A stretch of 64,000 bases of DNA from NCBI RefSeq assembly GCF_963921235.1, contig NC_086108.1:105030001-105094000 (forward strand), read 5' to 3'. Below are positions 14,461 to 27,551 of this stretch, in pieces; the first letter of the stretch is position 1; each line of letters begins with the position of its first letter. A program made the position numbers and the translations under genes. This DNA is from Mobula hypostoma (Eukaryota). Below the pieces are notes generated by a model. The model saw nothing but the letters and a program-made list of their open reading frames with translations, was not told where the DNA came from and ran no database searches.

Positions 14461-16040
14461 AGGGCTTTCACAGAATTTCTACAAGTGATGAGACTCAGAT
14501 TTTGTACTGAAATCCTGAGATGTACATTGTGAACAGAAACAGGGACAAACTCCAATACTTAAGGCAGAAATTGATAGATTCTTGATTGGTCAGCTCTGGG
14601 CATGAAGGGATACGGGAGGAAGGCAGGAGACTAGGGCTGAGAGGGAAAATGGATTGGCCATGATGAAATGGCATTTCAGACTCAATGGGCCAAGTGGCCT
14701 AATTCTGCCCCTATACCTTATTGTCTTATCGCCCCTTGTTATCTGTTCTTCAGATGTCATGGCGGGCTTTCTTCGCACACTGTTGAAGTTCTTCTAGTGA
14801 CAAAACTCAGACTTGTACTGAAATTCTGAGGTGTACAGTGTGAACAGAAACTGGCATCCTCTGTAAGAAAGTTTGTATCTTCTTTCCATGTGCCTATGGG
14901 TTTTCTTTGGGTACTCCAGTTTCCTCCCACAGTCCAAAGACGTACTGGTTAGCAGGTTAATTAGTTATTGGTTATTTATTTATTATTATTTTTAAATGTT
15001 TGTATTTGCACAACTTGTCTTTCGCATATTTGTCCTTCTTATTGTCTATGATTTTTCATTAATTCTATTGATTTTACTCTGTATATGGTGAAATATGCTT
15101 ATTTCAATAATATATTTACTTTGAAATTTGAACTTTGAACTTTGTAAGTTTTCCTGTTACTAGGCTAAGGTAAAATAGGTGTGTTGCTGGGCGGTGCAGC
15201 TTAGTGGGCCAGAATGCCCTGTTCTACTCTGTATCTCTAAATAACTAAATAAACAAACAAATTAAGAAATATGACAAACAGGAGAGAATCTGCAGATGCT
15301 GGAGATCCAAAGCAACACACACAAAATGCTGAAGAAACTCAGCAAGCCGGGCAGCATCTGTGGAAAAGACTAAACTGTCGACCTTTCAGGCCCGAAACAT
15401 CGACTGTTTACTCTTTTCCATAGATGCTGCCCGGACTGCAAGTTCGTCCAGCATTTTGTGCATGTTGCAGATAAATAAATGCGCTTTTGAATGATCGGAG
15501 GATTAGGGCTGTAAGGAACTGACACTGAAGAGGAGATGCGGCCTAAGGCCTGACATGAGGGGCCTGTTGATCTGCTCTGAGTTTCATGTGTTCTTTTGTT
15601 CAAGGAACAAAATTTCCTTGCACCATTAATCCTAGGACATTCCCAACAAGAATCACGTGCCAGAGATTGAGGAAGACTGCAAAGGCCATCATTGAGTGAA
15701 GAAGGCTTGATCCATGACACAGATTATGGATGAACAATATTTATATTGGTGTAGAGGAGAACAATTGCCCAGGACAGAGTGATTTACATCCTTTTAGTTG
15801 ACTGGATACAATTCTGTCTCCTGTAGGTTTGCCATTGAAGGGAAACAACACATTATGGACGACACGCATCACTGCATTCTTCACTGAACCCATTAAAAGT
15901 TTTTTGTCTGCCGTGCCAGTGAGAAAGCATTTTGGAAAACCCAGCAGGAAATGTAAACGCAAGGTAACTGTGGTGATAAATACAACTTGGGCTTGGAGGC
16001 AGAAACTGTAAATTTATAGTGTGATTCAGGCAATTACTAC

Positions 16041-17408
16041 AGTGAGTGTGTGTTTGTGGTCATCTGCTGCTGTAGCCCATCAACTTCAAGGTTCGACATA
16101 TTGTGCATTCAGAGATGCTTTTTTTGCACACCACTGTTGTAATGCATGGTTATTGTCATAAGGGGAGGGCACTGAAGGTGGACCCAAATGCAAGATACAG
16201 ACACTGAAGTACTAGGAACAGGTCTAGGACTAGAGTTAGGGCATTGACAGGACACAGACTTGGGCTAGGACTTGGCTAGGAAAGCAGGACCAGGACAAGG
16301 AACTGGGAACTAGGAGCCTGGGCTTGGACTCCAAGCCAGTGACTGGACAAGGACCCAGAACGTGGGTCTTTACTCAGGCTCGGACTCCAGAACTAGGCAA
16401 AGACATGACGTGGCTACAGAAATGGATGAGGCTTAGATTCTTCGAGGCTTTCCTGGGCAGGACAAGGTACTCCTGGGCTGGGTGAGAACATGAAGCCTTG
16501 ACATGGTCTTGTCAGAACAGGAACACAGAGCCAGGACCCCTCCTTGGGAACAGGACTTGGGACCAGGGCTCTACACAGAGTCAGGACCCCTCCTAGGGAG
16601 CAGGACATAGGGCCGGGACTCGTACACAAAACACAAAAAGACAGTTCCCAACTCAAGATAGCGGCAAATGGCTGGACCTACCTAGCAAAGGTGAGGACAC
16701 AAAGAGACAGTTCCAAACAACAATAGACAGTTCTTTATCTAGACACAGCAAGGTTCCGGTCTTGCTCCAGCAGTAGAACTTGACAGCAATACAGGCAAGG
16801 TTGCAGACAAAAGCTTCCAAAGGAAGGGGAAGGAAACAGTCCAGCAAATGAAGCTGAGCCCAGGAGCTATTTATGTAGCCAGCCCAAAATGAGAATCAGG
16901 TGCCTCACTTAGAGCACCCAAAAGAACAAGGGAAAACCGGAAAACCTGGAATAAGGAACAATGGACTGGACCGTGAACCGGAATTTGGACTTCACGGACT
17001 GGACCATGACAATTATTTCAGTTACTGTCACCTTACTGAATCAGTTTGGCCATCTTCCTCTGACCTCTCTCATTAACAAGGCATTTTTGACAACAGACTT
17101 GTCACTCACAGGGTGTTTTTTTTTTTTGTTTTTGCACCATTCTCTGTAAACTCTAGAAAATGTGAAAATGCCAGGTCAGCAGTTTCTGAAATACTCAAAT
17201 CACCCTGTCTGGCACCAACATTCATTCCATGGTGAAAGTCACCTTGATCATATTTTTTTCCTATTTTGATATGTGGGCTGAACAACTGAACCTCTTGACC
17301 ATGTCTGTGTGCTTTTGTGCAGTGAATTGCTGCTACATGACTGGCTGGTTGGATATTTGCATTAACAAGCAGTTGTACAAGTGTACTCAACAAAGTGGTC
17401 ACCAAGTG
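16041..17408 (-). mobile_element. Third Tc1-like non-autonomous copy, split by a solo LTR
   Basis: Homologous to 8660-9523 on both sides of 16154-17011. Confidence 0.75.
16154..17011. mobile_element. Solo LTR (858 bp)
   Basis: TGTCAT...ATGACA termini with a 5-bp near-TSD GTTAT/ATTAT, cleanly interrupting a Tc1 copy. Confidence 0.75.
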
Positions 17409-20092
17409 TAGTTGAAAGCAATGTCCTGCCTTAGTTAAGGGGACATAGAAACCACTCTAACTGTTGAACCTGTTGGTGTGATCATCGACTTCTTCAACAA
17501 CTACTAATTTCTCCTCCCTCCCTCCTCACTTTTTCTATTCACCATTCTGGTTCTCCTCTCACCCCTTTCCTTCTCATCACTTCCCTTTAGTTCCCATCCT
17601 CCTTCCCTTTCTCCCGTGGTCTATCAGATTCCTTCTTATTCAACCTTTACTGTTTCCATCAATCATCTCCCAGCTTCACATTTCATCCCCCTTTCTCTAC
17701 CCACCTAACTCCTCCTCACCTGGTCTCAACTATCATGTGCATGATTATACCCATTCCCTTTCCCCCACAGCCTTGATATCCTGATGAAGGGTCTCAGCCC
17801 AAAATGTCAATTGTTTATTCCCCTTCATAGATGCAGCCTGACCTGCTGAGTTCCTCCAGTATTTTGTGTGTGTTTCTCTGGATTTCCAGCATCTGCAGAA
17901 TCTTGTGTTCTTATTCCGGCTTCTTCCCTCTTGCTTTACAGTCCCGAAGAAGGATCTCGGCCTGAAGCGTTGTCACTTTATTCCTCTCCATAGATGCTGC
18001 CTGACCTGCTGAGTCATCCAGGATTTTGTGTTTGATGTTCTGGATTTCCAGCATCTACAGAATCTCTTGTGTTTAGTAATTGGAATACTCTGACAGAAGT
18101 GCTGAAAACCCACAGCAAGCCTTTGGTGTCGGTGGAAAGATGAACCTAGGGTTAAAGGTTCTACAGGCCAGTGAATGGCTAAAGCCTAAACGGATTTTAA
18201 ATTGGCTATTTAGAGTCATAGAGTGTTAGAGCAATATAGCACAGGACCAGGCTCTTCTGCATATCTAATCCATGTAAACTATTATTCTCTCAAGTCCCAT
18301 TGAACTGCACCTAGATCAAAGTCCTCCTCATACCCCTCCCATACATGTACATATCAAAACATCTCTTAATAAGAACATAAGAACATAAGAAATAGGAGCA
18401 GGAGTAGGCCATACCTACCTTTTGCCTACATCCTTTTTTGAACAGTGCCATCTTCCCAATCCACCGGGAACTAAGAATTTTGGTAAATCATCACCAAAGC
18501 CTCACCTATAGCTTCTACCATTTCTTTCAATACCTTAGGATGCATTCCATCAGGACCAGGGGACTTAATAATCTTCAGGCCCACAAGTTCGCTCAGCACT
18601 ACCTCTTTAGTGATAGCTATTTTATCGAGATCCTCACCTCCCACCGCATCTATAACATCTCTCTTTGGCATGTTAGATGTGTCTTCCACTATAAAGACCC
18701 ACACAAAGTAGTCATTCAAAGCTTCAGCATTTCCTCATTACCCAATATCAATTCTCCCTTCTCATCCTCCAAGGGACCTACGTTCACTTTAGTCACCTTT
18801 TTCCGCTTTACATTATTATAAAAACTTCTACTATCCATTTTTAAATTTTGTGCTAGTTTATTTCATAATATAGCTTCCCTCTCTTTATTGCTTGCTTAGT
18901 GGTACTTTGTTGCTTTTTAAAGTTTTCCTAATCTTCCAGTTTCCCCACTACTTCTGGTGACAATGTTGAAACTGATTCCACATCTACCACATCCGCTTTA
19001 TCAATCTTACTAATATCTTTCCCATATGTAGGTGACCAGAACTGCACACGATACTCCAAATTAGAGCTCACCAACATTATACACTTCAACATAACATCCC
19101 ATCTCTGGGTAGACAGAGTCGATGGTGCAGAGGTTAGTTTCCGTGATGTGCTGAGCTGCACTCCATCTCTCTGCGTTTTCAGAGATTGCTGAGATTTCGG
19201 TACACACGACAATAATAAACCAATTTATTCATAAGATTGAAACATTAATGGGACTATTTACAAGGACGTTGCCCGGATTTGAGTATCTGAGGTAAAGGGA
19301 AAGGTTGACTAGGTTAGGATTTTATTTCATGGAACATAGGAGGGTAAGGGGAGAAAAATACATTGAAGTTGAGTGAAACTAGAAGCAGAAGTCATGGGTT
19401 AAAGGTGATAGGCGAAATGTTTAAGGGGAACATGAGGGGAAATTTCTTCACAGAGGGTGGTGAGAATACGGAACAAGCTGTCAACAAAAGTGATGGATTA
19501 GGTTTGATTTCAACACAAGAGAAGTTTGGATAGGTCCATGAATGGGACAGTTATGGAGGGCTATGGTCAAGCGGGTTGACAGGACATAGGCAGAGTAATA
19601 ACTCTGCATGGACTGGATGGGCCAAATGACCTGTTTCTGTTCTGTGGTGTTCCATGACTCTATGGCTCCATTACACTCTTCTCTAATACTGTTCCTCGTT
19701 CTTCAAGGAATTAAGTCCCTGTAGTCGCAATAGTACTTGGGACTTGTACAATAGTCCCAATCCATTCTGTATGACAATCTGGTGCCTGGCTTTGTTTCTA
19801 ACCCTGTATGCCAGTTGTAATTGAGTTTTCATTCATGGAGTTGATGTTAGAAATACAAAGCAAATGATCACAACAACCTTGTTCTAACACGGTTGAACAA
19901 GATTCCACTGAACTCATTGCTGTTTGATAAATTCAATGATTCCAGGTGATCTGACCTCTGCACCGTACAAGGTTTCAAAGTCAGAGTCCTTAATTATCCT
20001 TCGGTAATTAGCACCATTGTGTGTGCTGAATAACAACAAGGAATTGGAACTTGATGATGTTTTCCTTTTGCAATTGAGTGAAATAGAAAATA

Positions 20093-20174
20093 GAATACAG
20101 TACATAGGACACAGACCACAGAACATAGGACACAGAACACAGAAAATAGGACACAGAACACAGAACATAGGACA
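20093..20174. repeat. 21-bp tandem repeat (acacagaacacagaacatagg, about 4 copies)
   Basis: Seen directly; it is an expanded retroposon tail. Confidence 0.85.
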
Positions 20175-22754
20175 CTACCGCGTAGTACAAGTTCATAAAC
20201 CCACAATGTTGTGCTGACCTTATTGCCTACTCTCAAAGCAATCTAATCCTTTCCTCTCATAAAGGCCTCCATTTTTCTATCATCCATGTACCAATCCAAG
20301 AGCTTCTTAAATGTCCTGAATGTATCTGCCTCTACCACCACCCGCCGGCAGGGCATTCCACTCTGTGTAAAAAGACTTACTTCTGATATCCTCCTATGCT
20401 TTCTTTGGAATGCAGAGGGTGCCAGCGCGCCCAAGGAAACCCAGGTGGTCACAAGGAGAATGTATAAAATCCTTATAGACAGCAGCAGGAATTGAATGGA
20501 GATATAGATAGAGTTGTAGGAGCATTGTGCTAACTGCTAGGTTGCTGTGCTGCCTAAACTTTACTAAGTTATTCAATTATTCTCCCAAATGTAAGTTCTG
20601 GAAAGATGGTAAATGCACTTGGTTGCAGTGGCTCTCTGGGTCCAAAAAAATGGTGCAACTGTTTGTCTTAAATGTTTTTCTTGTGATTGCAAGACCCTGT
20701 TGGACATTGATAATACAAAATATTGCATGTCTGGTTCACTGGATCACTGGTGAGATGGGGGAGCTGTTGTTGCACGGAGCGGGCCCTCATGCCGCGGCAT
20801 TGCCTGTTACAGCCACCCAGGGGAGGAGGCACCAGAGGCAGTGTGGGAGAGAATTGAGGCATGGCTGATGTATTGGAATCTGGGCTGGGCTGGAGAGGCT
20901 GGTCCCTGTCCAGGCCAGCTCTCTCATCAATGCTGCTGTCCAGTATTTGCTCCATGGAAGAAAAACTGAACTGCCTTCATCTGCAGCTAACCCAGTGAGA
21001 GACAAACCGCCTGCAGTTGACCTAGCATGAGACAAACTGGGTCGTCCTCACCTGTGACTGACTCAACCCAAATTGAGGATGTGCTGTGCTCTTCCCTTGT
21101 GCTGTTAATCTTCAGGCCAGGCTGTGCAGGGACTTGTCCTAAGATTATTCTCTGTCTGTATGTGCTATGGTATCTACATGTGCTGTGTGATTCAAGTACA
21201 TTTATTATCAAAGAATGTATAAATTATACAACCTTGAGACTTGCTTGTCACAGGTAACCAGAAAGCAGGAAACCCGAAAGAACCCAATAAAAGAAAAAGC
21301 AGAATAAAAATAAAAATAAAAGACTGGCTAACACGAGGGGATATAGTTTTATAGTGCTTGGAAGTAAGTTCAAGGAGGATGCCAAAGGTAAGTTTTTCAC
21401 ACAGAGAGTGGTAGGTGCATGGAATGCACTGCCAGTGAAAGTGGTAGAGGTGTATACAATAGGATCTTTTAAGGGACTCTTAGTTTGGTACATGGAGCTT
21501 CAAAAAATAGAGGGCTATGTGCTGGGGAAATTCTAGGCAGTTTCTAGAGTAGGTTACATGGTCGGCACAACATTGTGGGATGAAGGGCCTGTAATGTGCT
21601 GTAGATTTCTATGTTTCTATGTATGTATGGTTGGGAAAAGGGGAAGAGAGAGGGAGGGAGCAGAAAGCACCAGAGAGATATTCTGTTATGAACAATGAAC
21701 CAATTGTTTAGAATCAAATGACATTGCGTGGTGTCTCAGGGCTCGGTGTGTCTGCATGTCTGCATCCACACTACACCCCTCCCACCTGCGCCTGGCTCTC
21801 CTTCCCTGCCATCTGTCCCACACCCCTCCTATGGCGCGCCACCCTCGCCACTCCCAGCATCCTTTGTGCCCACCAGATTTACAGACTCGCTCCCTGCTCC
21901 ATGATGACAAACACAGTACTGCGCAAGAATCCAGGGCACCCCAGCTATATTTATAAACCAAAGGCTTTTGTGAAGTACTGTAGTGGTAGGCACGTGAGAA
22001 CCTTGTAGCACCATGGGGAAGAAAGTTATTAGTTCAGGGGTCTGGCAGCCATGGGGAAGAATTGTGCTTCTGTCTTTATTTCTGGGTTTTCAAGCTCCTG
22101 TATCTGAGATTCTCTTGTTAGACTGTGCTGTAAAATAGTCATTTTTCTTGTAGTTAAACCTTATTATGCTTGTCTGTATTTTTAGATGACCTCCTATGTA
22201 CATTTAATTGTTCAGCAAGTTTTCTAATAATTATGATACAGTTGCTTCTGGAAATTTCTTAGTTTTTAGTAGCAGCTGTGACACTACTTGAATCTGGCTA
22301 TTTTATAGCTTAATTGTTATCACTAGAATTTGTACTATCTCCAGTCCGACTATGCAACGATCACTACTGTTTTTCCTTTGTCTTTTTTGGCCCTGTACAC
22401 TTTTGTGACACTTAAAAATTGGTAAGAAATAAATTTTATGTCTCATTCTTGACTTCTCAAGAACCTTTTGGATCACAAAGATCCTGACAATCCTCCTGAA
22501 AGAAGGAGGAATGTCCAGGGTGACAAGCTTTCTTGATACAGTTAGCCTTTCGGAAACAATGCACCATTGAAGATGGACTGAATGGAAGGAAGTGATGAGA
22601 CTTTGACAGACTGGGAAGTATTTACCGCTGTCTTCAGGTTCCGTCGGTCAAGAGCAGAGAAGATGTAGAACTACACTGAGATGCAACGAATTAAAATACC
22701 TTCATAGCGCATCTGCGGAAATTTGCAAAAATTCAAATGATATAAGAACATTTG

Positions 22755-23220
22755 GGATGGCAGGTCTTTCATATGAAGAAAGACTGGATGAACTGGGCTT
22801 GTACTCGTTGGAATTTAGAAGATTGAGGGGGGATCTGATTGAAACGTATAAGATCCTAAAGGGATTGGACAGGCTAGATGCGGGAAGATTGTTCCTGATG
22901 TTGGGGAGGTCTAGAACGAGGGGTCACAGTTTGAGGATAGAGGGGAAGCCTTTTAGGACCGAGGTTAGGAAAAACTTCTTCACACAGAGAGTGGTGAATC
23001 TGTGGAATTCTCTGCCACAGCAAACTGTTGAGGCCAGTTCATTAGCTATGTTTAAAAGGAAGTTAGATATGGCCCTTGTGGCTACAGGGGTCAGGGGGTA
23101 TGGAGGGAAGGCTGGGTTCTGAGTTGGATGATCAGCCATGATCATAATAAATGGCGGTGCAGGCTCGAAGGGCCGAATGGCCTACTCCTGCACCTATTTT
23201 CTATGTTTCTATGTTTCTAT
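22755..23220 (+). mobile_element. Young CR1 3' fragment
   Basis: Open ORF2 tail GLSYEERLDELGLYSLEFRRLRGDLIETYK followed by a (tttctatg)n tail. Confidence 0.9.
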
Positions 23221-23361
23221 AATAAATAGGAGCAAGAATAGGCCATCTGGCCCGTCGAGCCTGCTCCGCCATTTAATAAGGTGGTGGCTGATCTGGCCAT
23301 GGACTCATCTCCATCTATCTCCCTTTTCCCCATAACCCTTAACTCCCCTACTATGCAAAAA

Positions 23362-23830
23362 CTTCTTCGGTTGTCCATCGAAATCCGATGACGACGTCCA
23401 CTCCTTTAACGGTGAGATCTTTGATGACTATACAGTCCTATCCTGGACCCACAGGCTCTATTGCAGGTGGGACATGTATATGGGTAGTGGTGGCAACCAT
23501 GGCTGCATTTCTCCTGGCTCTCTTCTACTGTCTTCTGGTTGTTCTTTCCATCTCCAGAATACAAACCCTGTCCCTACACAGCTGTCCCCAAGTGGTACGG
23601 TCAGCAGCAACCTCCTCCAGGTCCTCGGGTTTAATCTTGCACTTCCTTGAAGCATTCTTCATCTGATCCTTATAGCGCTTCTTCAGCCCTCCAGCTGAGC
23701 GTCAACCATGATGTAGCTGGCCGTATAACACTCTGCGGGGTAGCCGACATGGGAGCATCCTTATCACGTGCCCCAGCCACTGCAGCTGGCGCTGGGTGAT
23801 CATGGCCTCAATACTTCTGCAGTTGGTTTG
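23362..23830 (-). mobile_element. RTE-clade LINE 3' fragment
   Basis: Minus strand QLQWLGHVIRM..RLPRRVLYGQL..GGLKKRYKD, with a gaag tail. Confidence 0.8.
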
Positions 23831-24463
23831 TCATAGCACTGCATTAGTAATATTTGGCGTGACATTTAAAACTTTGACAAGCTTCCATGGATGTATGGTG
23901 AAGAGTATATTGACTGGCTGCGTCACACCCTGGTATGGAAACACCAAAGCAGTTGAACAGAAAATCCTACAAAAAGTAGTGGATATGCCTCAGTCCACCA
24001 CAGGTAAAGTCCTCCCTACCACTGAGCACATTTACAGGAAATGTTGTCTCAGGAAAGAAGAATCCATCATCAGGGACTCCAGCACCCAGGACATACTCTC
24101 CCCTCACTGCTGCCACCAGGAAGAAGGTACAGGAGCCTCAGAACTCACATCTCCAGCTTCAGGAACAATTACTACCACTCAACCAAAGGGAATGACTTCA
24201 CTCAACTTCACTTGCCACATCATTGAAGTGTTCCCACAACCTATGGACTTCCTTTCAAGAATTCTTCAGCTCATGTTCTCAGTATTTATTGCTTATTTAT
24301 TTGTTGTTATTATTTTTTTTTTGTTTTGCATTTGCACAGTTTGTCATTTTTGGTACACTGTTTGATGCCCAGGTTGGTGTGGTCTTTCATTAATTCTGTT
24401 ATAGTTATTATTCTATGGATTTATTTAGTATGCCCCAAGAAAATGAATATCAGGGTTACATTA

Positions 24464-24760
24464 ATAAGGCATCCGTTAGTCTTGCGAGACCATGGATCTG
24501 CACCTGGAAAGTCTTCACTCTCCAGGGCGCAGGCCTGGGCAAGGTTGTATGGAAGACCAGCAGTCTCCCCTCTCCACGACACCACTGTTGTCCAAGGGAA
24601 GGGCATTAGGACCCATACAGCTTGGCACCAGAGTCGTCGCAGAGCAATGTGTGATTAAGTGCCTTGCTCAAGGACACAACACATTCCCTCAGCTGGGGCT
24701 CGAACTCACAACCTTCAGGTAGCTAGTCCAATGCCTTAACCACTTGGCCACGTGCCCACA
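24464..24760 (+). mobile_element. SINE-like repeat (second copy at 63040-63265, minus strand)
   Basis: Two highly similar dispersed copies beginning aggcatccgttagtct(t/c)g(c/t)gagaccatgga. Confidence 0.7.
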
Positions 24761-25481
24761 CCAGGCTTACATATAGTGACATATACTGTATGTACTTTGA
24801 TAACAAGTTTACTTTGAACTTTGAACCACAGTGGACTACAGCCTAAAGGTTTCAGCCTCAAAGAATAAGGACAGAAAAAGATTGATTTGGAGCTAGTTTT
24901 CAGAAGGAACACACCACAGTGCTATGTTACTAACAAACTTGCCCGCTTGTGGCACCTCTCTTGTCACTTGCCTGCCTCTGCTATGCTAATGTATTCTAAT
25001 TAAGAAAGCAGAGGCAAGAGGCTGAAGGAGGAGGAGAGTGAGAACAAAGAGGAGGCTAATGAATATGCATTGGCTGCATTTCCAAAGGGAGGTGACCCAG
25101 GTGTGGAAATGATGACTATCTACTACGGAAGCTGCTGTAACAGACTTCAGCTCATTATTTTTAATATGAGTAACATAACAATTTAACAGCCTGTCACAGT
25201 TCAAGAAATATAGGGTTAAGTTACAAATTGTTCCAAAACAAATTATTGCAATGGGATTAACAGAGTATGTTGCAGCAGAGAAGTTTGTTCAGCCCCTTTA
25301 GTTGATTCTGGTTATCTACAGTACAGAGACAGGAGCTTTGGTCTGTCTAGTCAATTCTCAGCTGTTGTTCTGCCTAGTCCATTGATATGACCCTGGACCA
25401 TAGCCCTCCATACCCCTCACATCCATGAACTCACACACCTTCTCTTAACTGTTGAAATCGAAACCACATTCACCACTTCTG

Positions 25482-27551
25482 ACCATAAGACCATAAGACA
25501 AAGGAGCAGAAGTCGGCCATTCGGCCCATCGAGTCCGCTCCGCCATTTTATCATGAGTTGATCCATTCTCCCATTTAGTCCCACTGCCCCGCCTTCTCAC
25601 CATAACCTTTAACACCCTGGCTACTCAGATACCTATCAATCTCTGCCTTAAATACACCCAATGACTTGGCCTCCACTGCTGCCCGTGGAAACAAATTCCA
25701 TAGATTCACCACCCTCTGACTAAAAAAATTTCTTCGCATTTCTGTTTTGAATGGGCGCCCTTCAATCCTTAAGTCATGCCCTCTCGTACTAGACTTCCCC
25801 ATCATGGGAAACAACTTTGCCACATCCACTCTGTCCATGCCTTTCAACATTCAAAATGTTTCTATGAGGTCTCCCCTCATTCTTCTAAACCCCAAGGAAT
25901 ACAGTCCAAGAGCGGACAAACGTTCTTCATATGTTAACCCTCTCATTCCTGGAATCATTGTAGTGAATCTTCTCTGTTCCCTTTCCAACGTCAGCACATC
26001 CTTTCTTAAATAAGGAGACCAAAACTGCCCACAGTACTCTAAGTGAGGTCTCACCAGTGCCTTATACAGCCTCAACATCACATCCCTGCTCCTATACTCT
26101 ATTCCTCGAGAAATGAATGCCAAAATTGCATTCGCCTTCTTCACTACCGACTCAACCTGGAGGTTAACCTTAAGGGTATCCTGTACGAGGAATCCCAAGT
26201 CCTGTTGCATCTCAGAACTTTGAATTCTTTCCCCATTTAAATAATAGTCTGCCCGTTTATTTCTTCTGCCAAATGCATAACCATACACTTTCCAACATTG
26301 TACTTCATTTGCCACTTCTTTGCCCATTCTTCCAATCTATCCAAGTCTCTCTGCAGACTCTCTGTTTCCTCAGCACTACCGGCCCCTCCACCTATCTTCA
26401 TATCGTCAGCAAACTTAGCCACAAAGCCATCTATTCCATAATCCAAATCGTTGACGTACAATGTAAAAAGAAGCGGCCCCAACACAGACCCCTGTAGAAC
26501 ACCACTGGTAACCGGCAGCCAACCAGAATAGGATCCCTTTATTCCTACTCTCTGTTTCCTGCCAATCAGCCAACGCTCTATCCACGTATGTAACTTTCCC
26601 ATAATTCCACGGGCTCTTATCTTGTTAAGTAGCCTCATGTGTGGCACCTTGTCAAAGGCCTTCTGAAAATCCAAATATACAACATCCACTGCATCTCCCT
26701 TGTCTAGCCTACTGGTAATTTCCTCAAAAAATTGTAATAGCTTTGTCAGGCAGGATTTTCCTTTAAGGAATCCATGCTGAGATCTGCCTATCTTGTCATA
26801 TGCTTCCAGGTACTCTGTAACTTCATCCTTGACAATCGACTCCAACAACCTCCCATCCACCGATGTCAAGCTAACAGGTCTATAATTTCCTTTTTGCTTC
26901 CTTGCCCCCTCCTTAAATAGCAGAGTGACATTTGCAATCTTCCAGTCCTCCGGAACCATGCCAGAATCTATCGACTTTTCAAAGATCATCGCTAATGCCT
27001 CCGCAATCTCCACAGTTACTTCCTTCAGATCATGAGGGTGCATTCCATCCGGTCCGGGAGATTTACCTACTTTTTGACTATTCAGCTTCCTGAGTACTTT
27101 CCCTGTCGTAATTGTGACTGCGCACACTTCTCTTCCCTGCCACCCTTGAGTGTCCGGTATACTGCTGATGTCTTCCTTAGTGAAGACTGATGCAAAATAC
27201 TCGTTCAGTTCCTCTGCCGTCTCCTTATCTCCCATTACAATTTCTCCAGCATCATTTTCTATCGGTCCTATATCTATTCTCACCTGTCTTTTACTCTTTA
27301 TATACTTGAAAAAGCTTTTAGTATCCTCTTTGATATTATTTGCTAGCTTCCTTTCATAGTTAATCTTTTCCCCCTTAATGACCTTCTTATTTTTTTTGTA
27401 TTTTTATTATTTTGTAAGGTTTTAAAAACTTCCTAATCCTCTGTCTTCCCCATAATTTTTGCTTCCTTGCATGCCCTTTCCTTTGCTTTAACTTTGGCTT
27501 TGACTTCTTGCTTCCTTGTATGCCCTCACCTTTGCTTTAACTTTGGCTTTG
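25482..27551 (-). mobile_element. 5'-truncated young CR1 LINE with RT domain
   Basis: 348-aa ORF with NYRPVSLTS, YLDFQKAFDKVPH, GVLQGSVLGP and FADD. One frameshift near 26250 and a 7-bp TSD ACTTCTG (25475-81, 27552-58). Confidence 0.95.

Noticed and set aside
19914..20236. Cys-rich repetitive ORFs
   Set aside because: They are translations of a 21-bp tandem repeat.
20668..21211. GC-richer unique region with several 75-113 aa ORFs
   Set aside because: There is no recognisable protein and no convincing splice-site pair; it may be regulatory, but I cannot support that.
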